Shown here piece after piece: positions 55,501 to 64,000 of a stretch of 64,000 nt of DNA (position 1 is its first letter; every line of letters starts with the position of its first letter). The notes beneath the pieces are model-generated. The model was given only the letters and a program-made list of their open reading frames with translations, was not told the DNA's origin and ran no database searches. Source of the DNA: Ostreococcus lucimarinus (Eukaryota); NCBI GenBank assembly GCA_000092065.1, contig CP000591.1. The stretch is one strand, 5' to 3'. Both the position numbers and the translations under genes were made by a program.

Positions 55501-56204
55501 TGCCGGTCGGAACGTCTGATGCGCCTCGCCTGGACATCAAAAAGGACAAGAAAGGGTGGGTAACGGTGCCTAACGCTACTATCGTGCCGGTGACGTCTGA
55601 AGATGAGATCATCGAGGTCATTCACACGGGTTTGAAGGTTCGCAAAACCGCCGGGACGAAGATGAATGTCGAATCGAGTCGATCGCACTTGATCTTCTCG
55701 CTCGTCATGGAGACGACAGATTTGCAAACTGGGGCTTTGACGAAAGGAAAACTATCTTTCGTGGATTTAGCCGGAAGTGAGCGCGTGAAAAAGTCGGGTG
55801 CGGAAGGCGATACGCTCAAGGAGGCGCAAGCAATCAACAAATCGCTTTCCGCGCTCGGCGACGTCATTTCCGCCTTGGCGTCCGAACAACAGCACATTCC
55901 GTACAGAAATCACAAGCTGACGATGCTCATGAGCGATTCCCTGGGTGGTAACGCAAAGACGCTGATGTTTGTGAACGTCTCCCCGACGGACGGTAACGTT
56001 GAAGAAACACAAAACTCCTTGACGTACGCCACACGTGTTCGCACCATTAAGAACGACAACGGTAAGAGCGTGGAGAGTAAGGAAGTACAACATCTGAAGC
56101 AGCAAGTCGCGCATTGGCGTCAAAAAGCGGGCGAGGTAGAAGAATCGCACGTTGACATTGAAGATGAGCGCGTGGGCTTGGACCAGTTGAGCCTCAACCA
56201 GTGA
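52542..56204 (+). CDS. KCBP: Kinesin-14 of the KCBP type (kinesin-like calmodulin-binding protein): N-terminal MyTH4 plus FERM, central coiled-coil, C-terminal motor
   Basis: The first ATG is at 52542; the track start at 52059 overlaps the previous gene. The motor motifs IRVYARTRP, FAYGQTGSGKTFTIYG, SSRSHLIF and VDLAGSE lie at the C-terminus. An N-terminal MyTH4-like block (LQIIRATRSAASDRGRRKAWELVRVIAALFAPS) is followed by a FERM-like region. Confidence 0.85.
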   Translation: MDASTRAYAPGDDAIAAASALSERFQLDSRTSGGRGGFFSRVASNVKRSPGGTSSGASSPASSPAGGSGRGMTMADALSVDGALTTSLLRLTSDQTNKSVKLHALLVVLVSDTDDVTGETFAAGVQKIAKEVIKREELADEMYLQIIRATRSAASDRGRRKAWELVRVIAALFAPSRDFIGFVSEYINEVAARGSSDIQPLARSALQTMKRTSKSAMRRHEPTAEEIIAFARGEKLRVVITFLDGTFEDLPYDMSTTAKEAVVALATSINLQNYSTFSLFTVRKFFGKVAPLIKEGLLSEEHHELGDVSFLSDALGDIRAMKTESTPSKATSMQTGLLFKKRMFRDADETIDETTFVLLSYVQAKHDFMMGNYPISRDDAALLAALQVQAEEGPRLGEDQAALGLVLAKYLPRTMCNTRPTKEWTEHIAGQHASIRGLSGDEARQALLRMIRSLPYGNSAFFRAKRVDDPIGLLPGKLMIGVNKRGVHFFRETPMEYLYTADLRDIMQFGSAPHAIFFKMRVSGALHVFQFETSDGENICMALQTHINDVMMKKMADKKAAMMAVEAVTPSKKPVSSSSDAELANASNKAFANQTKRGDIDASDAQKEIKTLNEKLANMRNERAELRAQLDQANEAFHEANDRLESERASKADIVDTIQMLERQLKESKEAAIASDNATTDKLDDLTAIQLQELRDELVIETERARSTEAQTHELQQQVVVLEQKLKRAEAAHAEELKETAEQNGADISEWQNKLHEADSRAGELEAEIRALRLEYEEQKAMVTKEMLDELEQLREMKNTFEGQQATARELMAGQTQKIKELEEKYTSEVTLRRRYFNMLEDLKGKIRVYARTRPLTEIETSQNQQAILATPDEFTCSHPWRGEKKDRSYEFDEVFPANSTQEQVFEDTKYLVQSAMDGYNVCIFAYGQTGSGKTFTIYGDDANPGLTPRAIAEVMRCVHRDSNKSSVKMECYMLELYRDDLIDLLLPVGTSDAPRLDIKKDKKGWVTVPNATIVPVTSEDEIIEVIHTGLKVRKTAGTKMNVESSRSHLIFSLVMETTDLQTGALTKGKLSFVDLAGSERVKKSGAEGDTLKEAQAINKSLSALGDVISALASEQQHIPYRNHKLTMLMSDSLGGNAKTLMFVNVSPTDGNVEETQNSLTYATRVRTIKNDNGKSVESKEVQHLKQQVAHWRQKAGEVEESHVDIEDERVGLDQLSLNQ

Positions 56205-56248
56205 TCGTCTTTGTGTTTTATAGCCCGTTCCTTGGGGAGCGTTGCAAT

Positions 56249-59053
56249 CTAATCAAACGTGAGCACGCGCGTATTATAGCTTCTACAGTGCGCGCACGCG
56301 TGGTATACAAAATGAAACTTTGCATCCGAATCCTTCGCACAGTCGTTGCACGACACCTTTTGCGTCTTTCCCCGCAGCGCCTCTGGAACGCTGTCGTCGC
56401 TCTCATCCGCTAGGATGGCGTCGAGCATTCTAAAGTACATGGAAAAGTCGCCGAGCGATTTCCGACACAAAGGACACGTGTAGTAGTGCCGCGTATACGT
56501 GGTAAAGCACGTGGCGTGCATGATATGCCCGCACGGAAGCTCCTTAACCGGTGTCTCCGACTCGGCAAGAAATTCTTTGCACACTGGACATTCGCTATCC
56601 ATGCCTCGTTCTGAGCACTCATGCTTGCCGTGCTGTAAGCTCACGCACGCGTTACACTTCATGCAATGGAAGAAGTCAACGCCCAGACCTTTACCGCGTC
56701 GACAGACGTTGCAAAACGGGCAATGATAGATGGCTTCGCTCGAGTCGTCAAACAAGTTGCACACGTTGCAGTGATACTTTGCCATCGACGTCGAGCACCC
56801 CACGCATACCTCGTTCACGGGTTGACGCTTCTTGCACTCGTTACACACCATTTCTTTCACCGCGTAGCGATTCACGGTGTGATCACTCGCGTCGTCGTGA
56901 CAAAATCTGCACGTGAAAGCTTGGTCGCAGCACGGCGCGACGATTTTGCACCGACGCTTGTAATGCTTGCAACCGTCTTTGCCGTTCTCCTCGTCTTCGT
57001 CGACGGGCTGGCACAGAATCGCAGGCGCACCCGATTTTTGTGCGCTACCCACGCTTGACAGCTCCGTCGTCTTATCTTTTTGCGCTTGCAATTGATTTCC
57101 CACGATCCATCGCGACGCGAGCAAGTTTTGAATCAAGTATGCCTTCTTCGTCGGCGCGAGCGTGTCGTCGCGATTCACCGTGCGCACGGCGTCTTCGAGC
57201 TGGATCTGATTCATGCGAAAAATATCTTCCCAACCGGGCTTGAATGTTTCCTTATCCACATCGCCAGATCGACGGCTGAGGTACGCGTGTACCTGTCGCA
57301 TGCCGTCTTGGGACGAAACCGCGGCGGTATCGGCGGCGTTCGTCTTCGTCGTCGTCGCGGACGCGTCGTCGTCGTCCATCGCCGTAGACTTCACCCAATC
57401 GTCTCCGATCGTCTGTAAGTCTTCCACCTTTCCGCTGTACCACGTGTTCATCCACTGCGCGAACCTCGTGTTTTGCGTGGCGTGTCGCATCGATGAAATC
57501 ATCCCCTCGCGCTCGTCTTCGTTGAGCGCGTTTCGCACCCAAATCAACATCGACCGTAAAACTTCCGCCCCCGTGCGTCCGATGATTTGTCCGACAATCT
57601 TTTCTTGCTCTTCAAAACTAAAGTGTTTCTCGAACAAAGGCCAAAGCTCAGCTTCTTCTTTCGCGACGTGCGTCTCCATGGACACGCGCATCGCCACGCA
57701 CGCCTGCTGAATATCGTTGACTAAACCTTCGCGAAACCCGGAATGCGCCTTCTTGTTGTTACCACCCTTTTCCTTCCCTTGACCTTCTCCCGCCGTGGAG
57801 ACGGACGAACGCATCTCCGCGATGAGCTCGACGACGTATTTCATCAGCTCCGCCTCTTGCTTGTGATCGAGCGTGTAAGAGTGCGACACGTTGTGCAACG
57901 CGCTCTTCGCCTCGAGCGCGGGAAATACGATGTCGTCTTCCGACATCGAGTGCGCCTCGTACACGCCTCGCAAGAAGACGAACCGACCGTCAATCATGCG
58001 CACCAAGCGTGCGTCCTCTTCGTCCGTTCCCGTGCTCGAAATGGCCAAGATATCGTGCTCCAACCGACGAAGCTCGTGGCGCAGCGCGTTGTGAAACTGA
58101 AAAATGTGATCGATGGGTAACTTTTGTTGCGTCGTCGTCGTCGACGTCCCCGCGCCTCCGTTCGCAGCTTGTCGTCGTCGCTTCCGCGCGGGCTCCGAAT
58201 CGTTTCGTCGCGCGTTTGACGTCGTCGCGAGTTCGCCGTCATCGTCGTCGTCGTCGCCGCCGCCCGCGCCGTCGACGAAGAGCGCTCGCAAAATCGGCGT
58301 CGATTCCGCGCGTTTCCGATGCGCCCCCCTCAGCGACCGACGCAGCGCGATCGCGGCTTCAGAATCCACCGCGCTCGCCGCCATCGCGCGTTCGAGGTCA
58401 TCGTTCACGCTCGCATCGCTGCACGTCGCCGCCCAGGCGAGCATATCGCACGCCTCCTCCGCCGACAGCGCGCCCACGAATCGCCACACCAACTCCCGCT
58501 GTTCGTCCGCGCCGACCCGCGCCTCCAACATCGGCAGCACGTGTTCGCTCTCCTTCGCCAGGTGCGCCTTCAGCGTCGTCCGCGTCGCGTGCACGATCCT
58601 CGCCGCCTTCGCCGCCGCCCCAGATTCCCCGTCTCCCGCCGCCAGCGTCTCCAGGCATCCCGTCACCTCCTCGAACAACCACTCCTCCGCCTCGTGCTCG
58701 AATTCGTACGCGTACGCCACGTTCTCGATCCTCGACGCGACGAACGGAAACAGCACCTCGTCCTCCGCGCGCGTGTGCGCCGCGTACCGCTTCGCGAACG
58801 CGCGCCACGTCCCGCACAGCGCCATCGCGTCGCCGTCCTCCGCGCGCGCGCTCGCGCCGCCGCCCTCCGCCGCGTCGTCGCGTCGCCGCGCCAACCTCGC
58901 GCACGCGTTCGCGATCGCGTCGATCGATCCCTCGAACGCGCGTCGAAACACGGTGTGAAACTTGGACGCCGCCCCCGTCGCCGGCGCGACGTCGTCCGTC
59001 GCGCGCGCGCGCGCGCGCGTCGTCGGCACCCTTCGATCGCGCGGTTTCGTCAT
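56249..59053 (-). CDS. BTS: BRUTUS/HRZ-like iron-sensing E3 ubiquitin ligase: N-terminal hemerythrin (HHE) domains plus C-terminal CHY zinc finger, CTCHY, RING-H2 and zinc ribbon
   Basis: The C-terminus CKHYKRRCKIVAPCCDQAFTCRFCHD...CNECKKRQ...YHCNVCNLFDD...YHCPFCNVCRRGKG...FHCMKCNACV...CPVCKEFL...PCGHIMHATCF...YTCPLCRKS is the CHY/RING/Zn-ribbon cassette of Pirh2/BRUTUS. Upstream hemerythrin-like segments include HFSFEEQEKIVGQIIGRTGAEVLRSMLIWV and FHTVFRRAFEGSIDAIA. The start was set at the ATG at 59053 (verified); the ORF extends to 59392. Confidence 0.75.
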   Translation of the reverse strand: MTKPRDRRVPTTRARARATDDVAPATGAASKFHTVFRRAFEGSIDAIANACARLARRRDDAAEGGGASARAEDGDAMALCGTWRAFAKRYAAHTRAEDEVLFPFVASRIENVAYAYEFEHEAEEWLFEEVTGCLETLAAGDGESGAAAKAARIVHATRTTLKAHLAKESEHVLPMLEARVGADEQRELVWRFVGALSAEEACDMLAWAATCSDASVNDDLERAMAASAVDSEAAIALRRSLRGAHRKRAESTPILRALFVDGAGGGDDDDDDGELATTSNARRNDSEPARKRRRQAANGGAGTSTTTTQQKLPIDHIFQFHNALRHELRRLEHDILAISSTGTDEEDARLVRMIDGRFVFLRGVYEAHSMSEDDIVFPALEAKSALHNVSHSYTLDHKQEAELMKYVVELIAEMRSSVSTAGEGQGKEKGGNNKKAHSGFREGLVNDIQQACVAMRVSMETHVAKEEAELWPLFEKHFSFEEQEKIVGQIIGRTGAEVLRSMLIWVRNALNEDEREGMISSMRHATQNTRFAQWMNTWYSGKVEDLQTIGDDWVKSTAMDDDDASATTTKTNAADTAAVSSQDGMRQVHAYLSRRSGDVDKETFKPGWEDIFRMNQIQLEDAVRTVNRDDTLAPTKKAYLIQNLLASRWIVGNQLQAQKDKTTELSSVGSAQKSGAPAILCQPVDEDEENGKDGCKHYKRRCKIVAPCCDQAFTCRFCHDDASDHTVNRYAVKEMVCNECKKRQPVNEVCVGCSTSMAKYHCNVCNLFDDSSEAIYHCPFCNVCRRGKGLGVDFFHCMKCNACVSLQHGKHECSERGMDSECPVCKEFLAESETPVKELPCGHIMHATCFTTYTRHYYTCPLCRKSLGDFSMYFRMLDAILADESDDSVPEALRGKTQKVSCNDCAKDSDAKFHFVYHACAHCRSYNTRVLTFD

Positions 59054-59289
59054 CGATTCGATTCGTTTCGTTTCGGCTTTTTCGCGAGTCCCGCGCGCGA
59101 TCGAGCGCTGGGCGCGATGAACGCGATGGACGCGTCGTCGTCGAGCGCGCGCCGGACGCGATGGACGCGCGCGCCGATCGGCGTCGCGCTCTGACACCGC
59201 GACCGCGTCGATGAGTGAATGATTTCGCGTCACGATTTCGCGCCGCCGACGACACACCGCGCCGCGTCGCGCGCCGCGCCGTCGCTCGC
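59054..59289. promoter_or_regulatory. Putative bidirectional promoter region between the divergent BRUTUS-like and helicase genes
   Basis: The 236-bp spacer between divergent first ATGs is inferred from gene arrangement. Confidence 0.3.
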
Positions 59290-62200
59290 ATGTCCGCGAC
59301 GCGTTCGGTCGTCGCGTCCGCGACGCCGCGCCGTCGCGCGTCGCGTCCTCGAGCGACGAATCGTCGTCGACGGCTTCGCGCGCGCGCTTCATCCATCGCG
59401 ACGCGCGACGACGACGACGACGACGACGCGCGATCGAGGACGCGACGCCGACGACGAGGCGACGGCGCCGGACACCAGAGCGACCGCGAGGCGTCCGCGC
59501 GTCCCGACCGCGCGGACGCGTCGGCGCGATGGCGAAGGCTCGAGCGGGACGCGACGACGACGCTCGGGACGCGCGACGCGCTGAGCAAAAGGACGCTGGG
59601 CGCGGACGACGGAGGGTACGAGTGGCTCAGACGCGCGTGCGATGACGTGGCGGAGGACGTCGTGCGAGGGGTGATCGAAGGCGGCGGCGAATGGTCGAGG
59701 GAGGACGGGATGGTGGGGTTCGATTTGACGGCGGCGACGACGGCGGCGGCGAGGCGCGGCGGCGAGGCGCCGAACGCGACGTGCGGCGCGGCGATAGCGC
59801 ATCGAGCGACGACGAATCCGATGTTTTTGCGAGCGGCGTTCGAGCGGTTGGTGAGAGATGGGTTCGACGGGGACGAGGCGCGGGCGAAGGAGAGCGCGGC
59901 GTGGGGGTGGATTCGAGGGGCGATTGCGAAGCGGTCGAGCGGCGGCGATCGCGCGGACGCGGCGCGGGCGAAGAGGATGGCGAAGACGGAGGACGATGGG
60001 ACCGCGGACGTCGCCGAGCGCGCGCGGGAGGCGACGCGTGTGCGTGTGTCGACGTTCGTCGAGCGCGGACGGGAGTTGTTGGCGATAGAGCGCGCGAGGG
60101 AGATGGAGATGGCGGCGGAGACGGCGGTGGATCGCGAAGACGTCGAAGACGTCGACGACGAATCGTCTGGATTCGTTTCCGAAGAGTCGAGCGAGTTCGG
60201 CGCCGCGGTTTCTGGTTTGCGCTTAGTCGGCGCTACGCGCGGGTCGGACGGCAAAGCGCTGGTGGTGTTGCGCGCCGCGGACGGCGAGGCCATCGCGGTG
60301 AACTCGCTCACCGTGGGCGATCGAGTGACGATTTCGGCGTACGGCGACGAATTCGCGAGCGCGGACGAGTCCGCGGATGGGAGCGCGGCGACGTTTTCGA
60401 GCGAGGCCACGGTTCGGTTTATGGGTGACGCTCTGAATGCGACGGCGAAAGGGCGTTACGGAGACGCGTCGTCGATTTCATTAGAGTACGCCGACGACGA
60501 GCAGGCGCTCGTGCGCGCGCTCTCGGGTCTCGAGATTTGTCTCTCGCGGGCGCCGGACGAGACGACGTACGAACGTCAGGCACGCGCCCTGGACATTCTC
60601 GAATCTATTCCAGCGGTGAAACGTTCAAAACCGGCGTGTCTGCGCGTCGTGAAGACGATTTTCAGTGAAGACCGGCCAGCGATGTGGCGCGACGCGCGCG
60701 ATTTTTACGGAGGCGACGGCGCCGGTTTCGCCGCCGTGCCGACGAAGTCGCTCAAACGCGTCGACGCTCAATCGCTCGCGACGAAGACGTCGTTCGACGA
60801 ATCTCAGGTTCTCGCGCTGCGCGCGGCGGCTTCGACAAACTACCCCGTGGTGTGCATTCAAGGCCCACCGGGGACTGGTAAAACGAGCGTGGTGGTGGAA
60901 ATCATCGCCCAAGCCGCGGCGAGGGGCGAGCGCGTACTCGCGTGCGCGCCGAGCAATTTAGCGGTGGATAACCTGGTCGAGCGCCTGGACGGCGTCACCG
61001 ACGTTCGAGCGGTACGTTTCGGCGCACCCGAACGCATCAGCGCCGCCGCGCTCTCGTGCTCGCTCGACGCCAAAGTTTCCGAGGCGACCGAGTTGTTTTT
61101 CCAAACGCAACGCGTGGAATCGAGCGAGACGTCTACGAAACTTCGCGCGTTGATGGACCGCTATCAAAAGGCGACCAACGTGCCGAAAAAGCAAAGGGAA
61201 AAGCTTCAGAGCGAAATAGAGGCGCTGAAAAAGAAGCTCAAAACCACGGTGAGCGCTGGTACGAAGCATCGTAAGGCGTCGCAGGCAAAGATTTTGCGAG
61301 AAGCCAACGTGGTGTTGGCGACGAACGCGGGCGCGGGAATGGACACGGTGCAACAGCTGCCGCCCTTTGATCTCGTCGTCGTAGACGAGGCGGCGCAAGC
61401 GAGCGAACCTTTGAGTTGGATTCCACTCGTGCGCGGCAGACGCGCTGTTTTGATCGGTGATCCGTGCCAGTTGGCGCCCGTCGTGCGCTCGCTCGAAGCC
61501 GTCGAGGCGGGATTGGCTCGCTCGCTCATGTCGAGATTGATGCCCGCACCAGAAAATTTAGACGACGAAGACGACGGATGGAACGCGCGTGCATATGCCT
61601 CATCGGGCGTGCTCACCCTGACGCTCTCGACGCAGTACCGCTCACACGAAACCATTAGCTCGTGGTCGAGTCGTGAGGCGTACGGGGGACGCCTGCGCGC
61701 CGCCGAAAGCGTTCGCGGCGCCTTGCTTCGCGACTTGCCCGGAGTGCAAGATACGCAAATCACGCGCATACCCATGCTCATGATTACTGCTCGTTCGCCT
61801 TACGGGCGCATTCCAGCAGAGTGTAACGAACGTCGCGTTGGTGGCTCCTACATCAACGAAGGCGAGGCGACGACGGCGGCGGCGCACGTACTGATGATGC
61901 TCAAGGCGGGCGTGCGCGCGTCAGACATTGCGGTGATTTCTCCCTACGCCGCCCAAGTTCGCTTGCTTCGAAGCGTTCTCGCGGTCGCGCTCGAGGACGT
62001 TGAAGGCGCTGATGCTGTGGAGATTTCCTCGATCGATTCGTTTCAAGGGCGCGAGGCGGAGTGCGTCATCATCAGCACGGTGCGCTCGAATGCTCGCCGC
62101 GGCGTCGGTTTCTTGTCCGATAACCGACGCATGAACGTAGCGGTGACGCGCGGAAAACGACACGTGACAATCATAGGAGACGACAAGACAATCATGGGAG

Positions 62201-62295
62201 ATGCGTTTTTGCGACGACTCGTCGAGCACATCGAAGCCACCGCCGCCGCCGTAATTCCTCGCGTCGATCTATTCGCGCCGGTTGCCGCGACGTAG
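59290..62295 (+). CDS. Superfamily-1 (UPF1/SMUBP2/DNA2-like) DNA/RNA helicase with a long N-terminal extension
   Basis: The first ATG is at 59290; the track start at 59215 is GTG. Helicase motifs are VVCIQGPPGTGKTSVVVEII, VLACAPSNLAVDNL, LVVVDEAAQASEP, TQYRSHETI, SFQGREAECVIISTVRS and MNVAVTRGKRHVTIIGD. The N-terminus is presequence-like (MSATRSVVASATPRRRASRPR). Confidence 0.8.
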   Translation: MSATRSVVASATPRRRASRPRATNRRRRLRARASSIATRDDDDDDDARSRTRRRRRGDGAGHQSDREASARPDRADASARWRRLERDATTTLGTRDALSKRTLGADDGGYEWLRRACDDVAEDVVRGVIEGGGEWSREDGMVGFDLTAATTAAARRGGEAPNATCGAAIAHRATTNPMFLRAAFERLVRDGFDGDEARAKESAAWGWIRGAIAKRSSGGDRADAARAKRMAKTEDDGTADVAERAREATRVRVSTFVERGRELLAIERAREMEMAAETAVDREDVEDVDDESSGFVSEESSEFGAAVSGLRLVGATRGSDGKALVVLRAADGEAIAVNSLTVGDRVTISAYGDEFASADESADGSAATFSSEATVRFMGDALNATAKGRYGDASSISLEYADDEQALVRALSGLEICLSRAPDETTYERQARALDILESIPAVKRSKPACLRVVKTIFSEDRPAMWRDARDFYGGDGAGFAAVPTKSLKRVDAQSLATKTSFDESQVLALRAAASTNYPVVCIQGPPGTGKTSVVVEIIAQAAARGERVLACAPSNLAVDNLVERLDGVTDVRAVRFGAPERISAAALSCSLDAKVSEATELFFQTQRVESSETSTKLRALMDRYQKATNVPKKQREKLQSEIEALKKKLKTTVSAGTKHRKASQAKILREANVVLATNAGAGMDTVQQLPPFDLVVVDEAAQASEPLSWIPLVRGRRAVLIGDPCQLAPVVRSLEAVEAGLARSLMSRLMPAPENLDDEDDGWNARAYASSGVLTLTLSTQYRSHETISSWSSREAYGGRLRAAESVRGALLRDLPGVQDTQITRIPMLMITARSPYGRIPAECNERRVGGSYINEGEATTAAAHVLMMLKAGVRASDIAVISPYAAQVRLLRSVLAVALEDVEGADAVEISSIDSFQGREAECVIISTVRSNARRGVGFLSDNRRMNVAVTRGKRHVTIIGDDKTIMGDAFLRRLVEHIEATAAAVIPRVDLFAPVAAT

Positions 62296-62398
62296 CACCG
62301 CAATATTATTAGCATGACTAGCTCACACGATGCACGCAACTTAGTGAAAGATTCACTCATCGTAGCTCATTACATGGTGCGCTAATCGTGAATCGCTC

Positions 62399-63643
62399 TT
62401 AAAACTTTCGCGAGAATTCCTGCTCGGCGATTTTCGCTCGCGCGATGACGTCGCCCGTGACGCGCGAAATGGCCACGCGCGCTTCGCGTTGCGTCGTCAC
62501 CAACTTTTCGCGTAAATCCTCGTTTTCGCGCCGCAACTCTCGAAGTGCCTTGCGCATGGCTTCCATGTCACTTCCATGGATCGCAGCGTCGACATCCACA
62601 CTCGACGCGCTCAGCGGCGAGTCAAACTTGAGCTGCGTGCCGCCCATGCGCGGCGAGTTGGAATCAATCGCCGCCAAATTTGCCATCTTTGAAGGCGCTG
62701 GGGACATGGACAGACGCCTGATCGCCTGCTGCACCTTTAAAATCGAATTCGTCACGCTCTCAGCCGTGTCTTCGCTCTTCGTGGGCTCGGGAGATTTCTC
62801 TGGCGCGCGCTTCGTTCCAGGAGGCGGCATGACGTCCCCAGATTTTCGCTTAGCCTTGCTCTTTGCCGCCACGACCGCGGGCGGCGCCGGTGCCGGCGCC
62901 GCGGCCGCCATACCGGGGAGGTTGGCAAACAAGTATCCACCGCCACCGCCGCCGAATCCGTTCAACGCAGCGCCGGACATCGTGGCGAGCGACGCTTGCT
63001 GCTTCGCCGCCTCGTCGAGCTTGGCCTTGTTCGCCGCCGCCGCCGCGTCGTTGGCACCTTGGTGTAATCGCTGCATGTGCGGCGGTCGTTGATTCGGTCG
63101 CGCGGGCGACGGTGACGCCATCTGCGCCATCAATCGCGCGTAGTATCCTTTCCCTTGCCACGACTCTTGCAGTTGCTCGCGCAAGCTCTTGGCGTGCAGC
63201 GATTTCGCCGGCGACGGCGCGTAGTCGGGCAACATTTCATCCGCCGCCTTCATGAGTTCCGCCACGCGACTGTGCACGTCGCTCACCGTGTCTTCGACCG
63301 CATGTCCGTTCGCCTTACGCTCGGCGAGCTCTTCTTCGTACCGAGCCTTGGCGTACGCCTCGAGGTACGCCTGGCGTTGCCTGGGATTCCCGACAAACGC
63401 CGGCGACGGCGGCACTTCATCCGCCGCCACGGATTCCCAGCTCTGAAACTCCCCGAACCGCGTCACGCCTTTGTGCGTCCTCCGGGATGATCTACGCTTG
63501 TTATTATTTCCTCCATCCACCCCCTCCTCGCTCGAATTCGTCATGTGCGAGCTCGTGCTATCGTTAAACGACGCGTCCGCGCGATTTCCCGGCGGCGTGC
63601 GTCCGCTCGACGAAGACCCCGCGCTCAGCTTTCTCCCCACCAT
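62399..63643 (-). CDS. Hypothetical protein (about 414 aa). The N-terminal part is S/G/A/P-rich low-complexity and the C-terminal part is charged coiled-coil.
   Basis: The track start at 63805 is GTG, so the first ATG at 63643 (verified) was used. The C-terminus is MEAMRKALRELRRENEDLREKLVTTQREARVAISRVTGDVIARAKIAEQEFSRKF. The 5' end may lie outside the window or upstream via an unseen intron. Confidence 0.4.
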   Translation of the reverse strand: MVGRKLSAGSSSSGRTPPGNRADASFNDSTSSHMTNSSEEGVDGGNNNKRRSSRRTHKGVTRFGEFQSWESVAADEVPPSPAFVGNPRQRQAYLEAYAKARYEEELAERKANGHAVEDTVSDVHSRVAELMKAADEMLPDYAPSPAKSLHAKSLREQLQESWQGKGYYARLMAQMASPSPARPNQRPPHMQRLHQGANDAAAAANKAKLDEAAKQQASLATMSGAALNGFGGGGGGYLFANLPGMAAAAPAPAPPAVVAAKSKAKRKSGDVMPPPGTKRAPEKSPEPTKSEDTAESVTNSILKVQQAIRRLSMSPAPSKMANLAAIDSNSPRMGGTQLKFDSPLSASSVDVDAAIHGSDMEAMRKALRELRRENEDLREKLVTTQREARVAISRVTGDVIARAKIAEQEFSRKF

Positions 63644-64000
63644 CGACGCCGGCGTCGGCTCCAATCCGGGCGGTGAGTTCGACGCCCCCGAAAATGACGC
63701 ATTCTTGCTCACATCCGGTATCGAGCTAAACGACAGATCCGCCGCGTCTCCCGACGCGCGTCCGCTCGACCGCCGTCTCGGCGCGTCGTCCCCCTTTTGC
63801 GTCACGTCCGAGTTCCGTTTCGCGTTCCCGCGCGTCGCGCGCCCGCTCGACGTCGACGATTTTCCCTGCGCGCGCGCGCGTCAGTCACCGCGTCGCGCGC
63901 GCGCGTCGAGGTTCGAAAACGTTCGTCGCGGGGGAACGTCATCGCGATGCGTCGTCGCGCGCGCATCGTCGCGCGCGCGCGATCCAGCCGTCCGCGCGCG

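Noticed and set aside
57994-60428. Multiple 245-670-aa ORFs (58009..59214 +, 58319..59194 +, 58398..60410 -, 59691..60428 +) around the BRUTUS and helicase 5' ends
   Set aside because: They overlap the recognisable hemerythrin and helicase reading frames in antisense or shifted frames. Composition is extreme (R/S/A/P/G). They are artefacts of GC richness.
1-64000. Prokaryotic defence or accessory island
   Set aside because: Gene content is unambiguously eukaryotic nuclear (PRP8, SF1, NF-YC, RPB10, kinesin, WD40) with eukaryote-style divergent and convergent gene pairs. No operon structure or RBS logic was seen.

Overview
This window is GC-rich, gene-dense eukaryotic nuclear DNA with no introns that I could detect. 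Its gene content (PGRL1, plastid-type alpha-glucan phosphorylase, BRUTUS-like hemerythrin E3 ligase, KCBP kinesin-14, NF-YC, PRP8, SF1) and roughly 0.1-0.5 kb intergenic spacers are most consistent with a picoplanktonic green alga of the Mamiellophyceae/Micromonas type. That assignment is an inference, not a verified result. It is not a prokaryotic locus, and I found no CRISPR array, tRNA, rRNA or obvious transposon.

The first 17.7 kb is a single giant gene that runs off the 5' window edge and is broken by a 1-nt frame break at 10616-10632. It encodes a coiled-coil protein of about 5,900 aa: N-terminal hydrophobic segments, then nested tandem repeats at three scales (258 bp, about 783 bp, 1539 bp) that are nearly sequence-identical, then a C-terminal CBM20-like starch-binding domain. 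About 11 kb further along on the opposite strand lies a plastid-type starch phosphorylase. The giant repeat/CBM protein is the most unusual element in the window and is likely undescribed.

The remainder (about 46 kb) carries some 20 compact genes. Recognised products are PTH2, PRP8, a WDR82/Swd2-like WD40 protein, SF1/BBP, an SNM1/Artemis-family nuclease, PP1 inhibitor-2, PGRL1, NF-YC, RPB10, a 2OG oxygenase-like protein, an MBD4-like glycosylase, KCBP kinesin, a BRUTUS-like E3 ligase and an SF1-superfamily helicase. The second notable gene is an unusual single-polypeptide fusion of an Mre11/SbcD-type phosphoesterase with a Rad50/SbcC-type ABC ATPase, carrying a presequence-like N-terminus.

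The provided ORF track uses alternative start codons (GTG/TTG translated as M), so several 5' ends were re-set to the first plausible ATG. The high GC content produces many long antisense ORFs, which I rejected.
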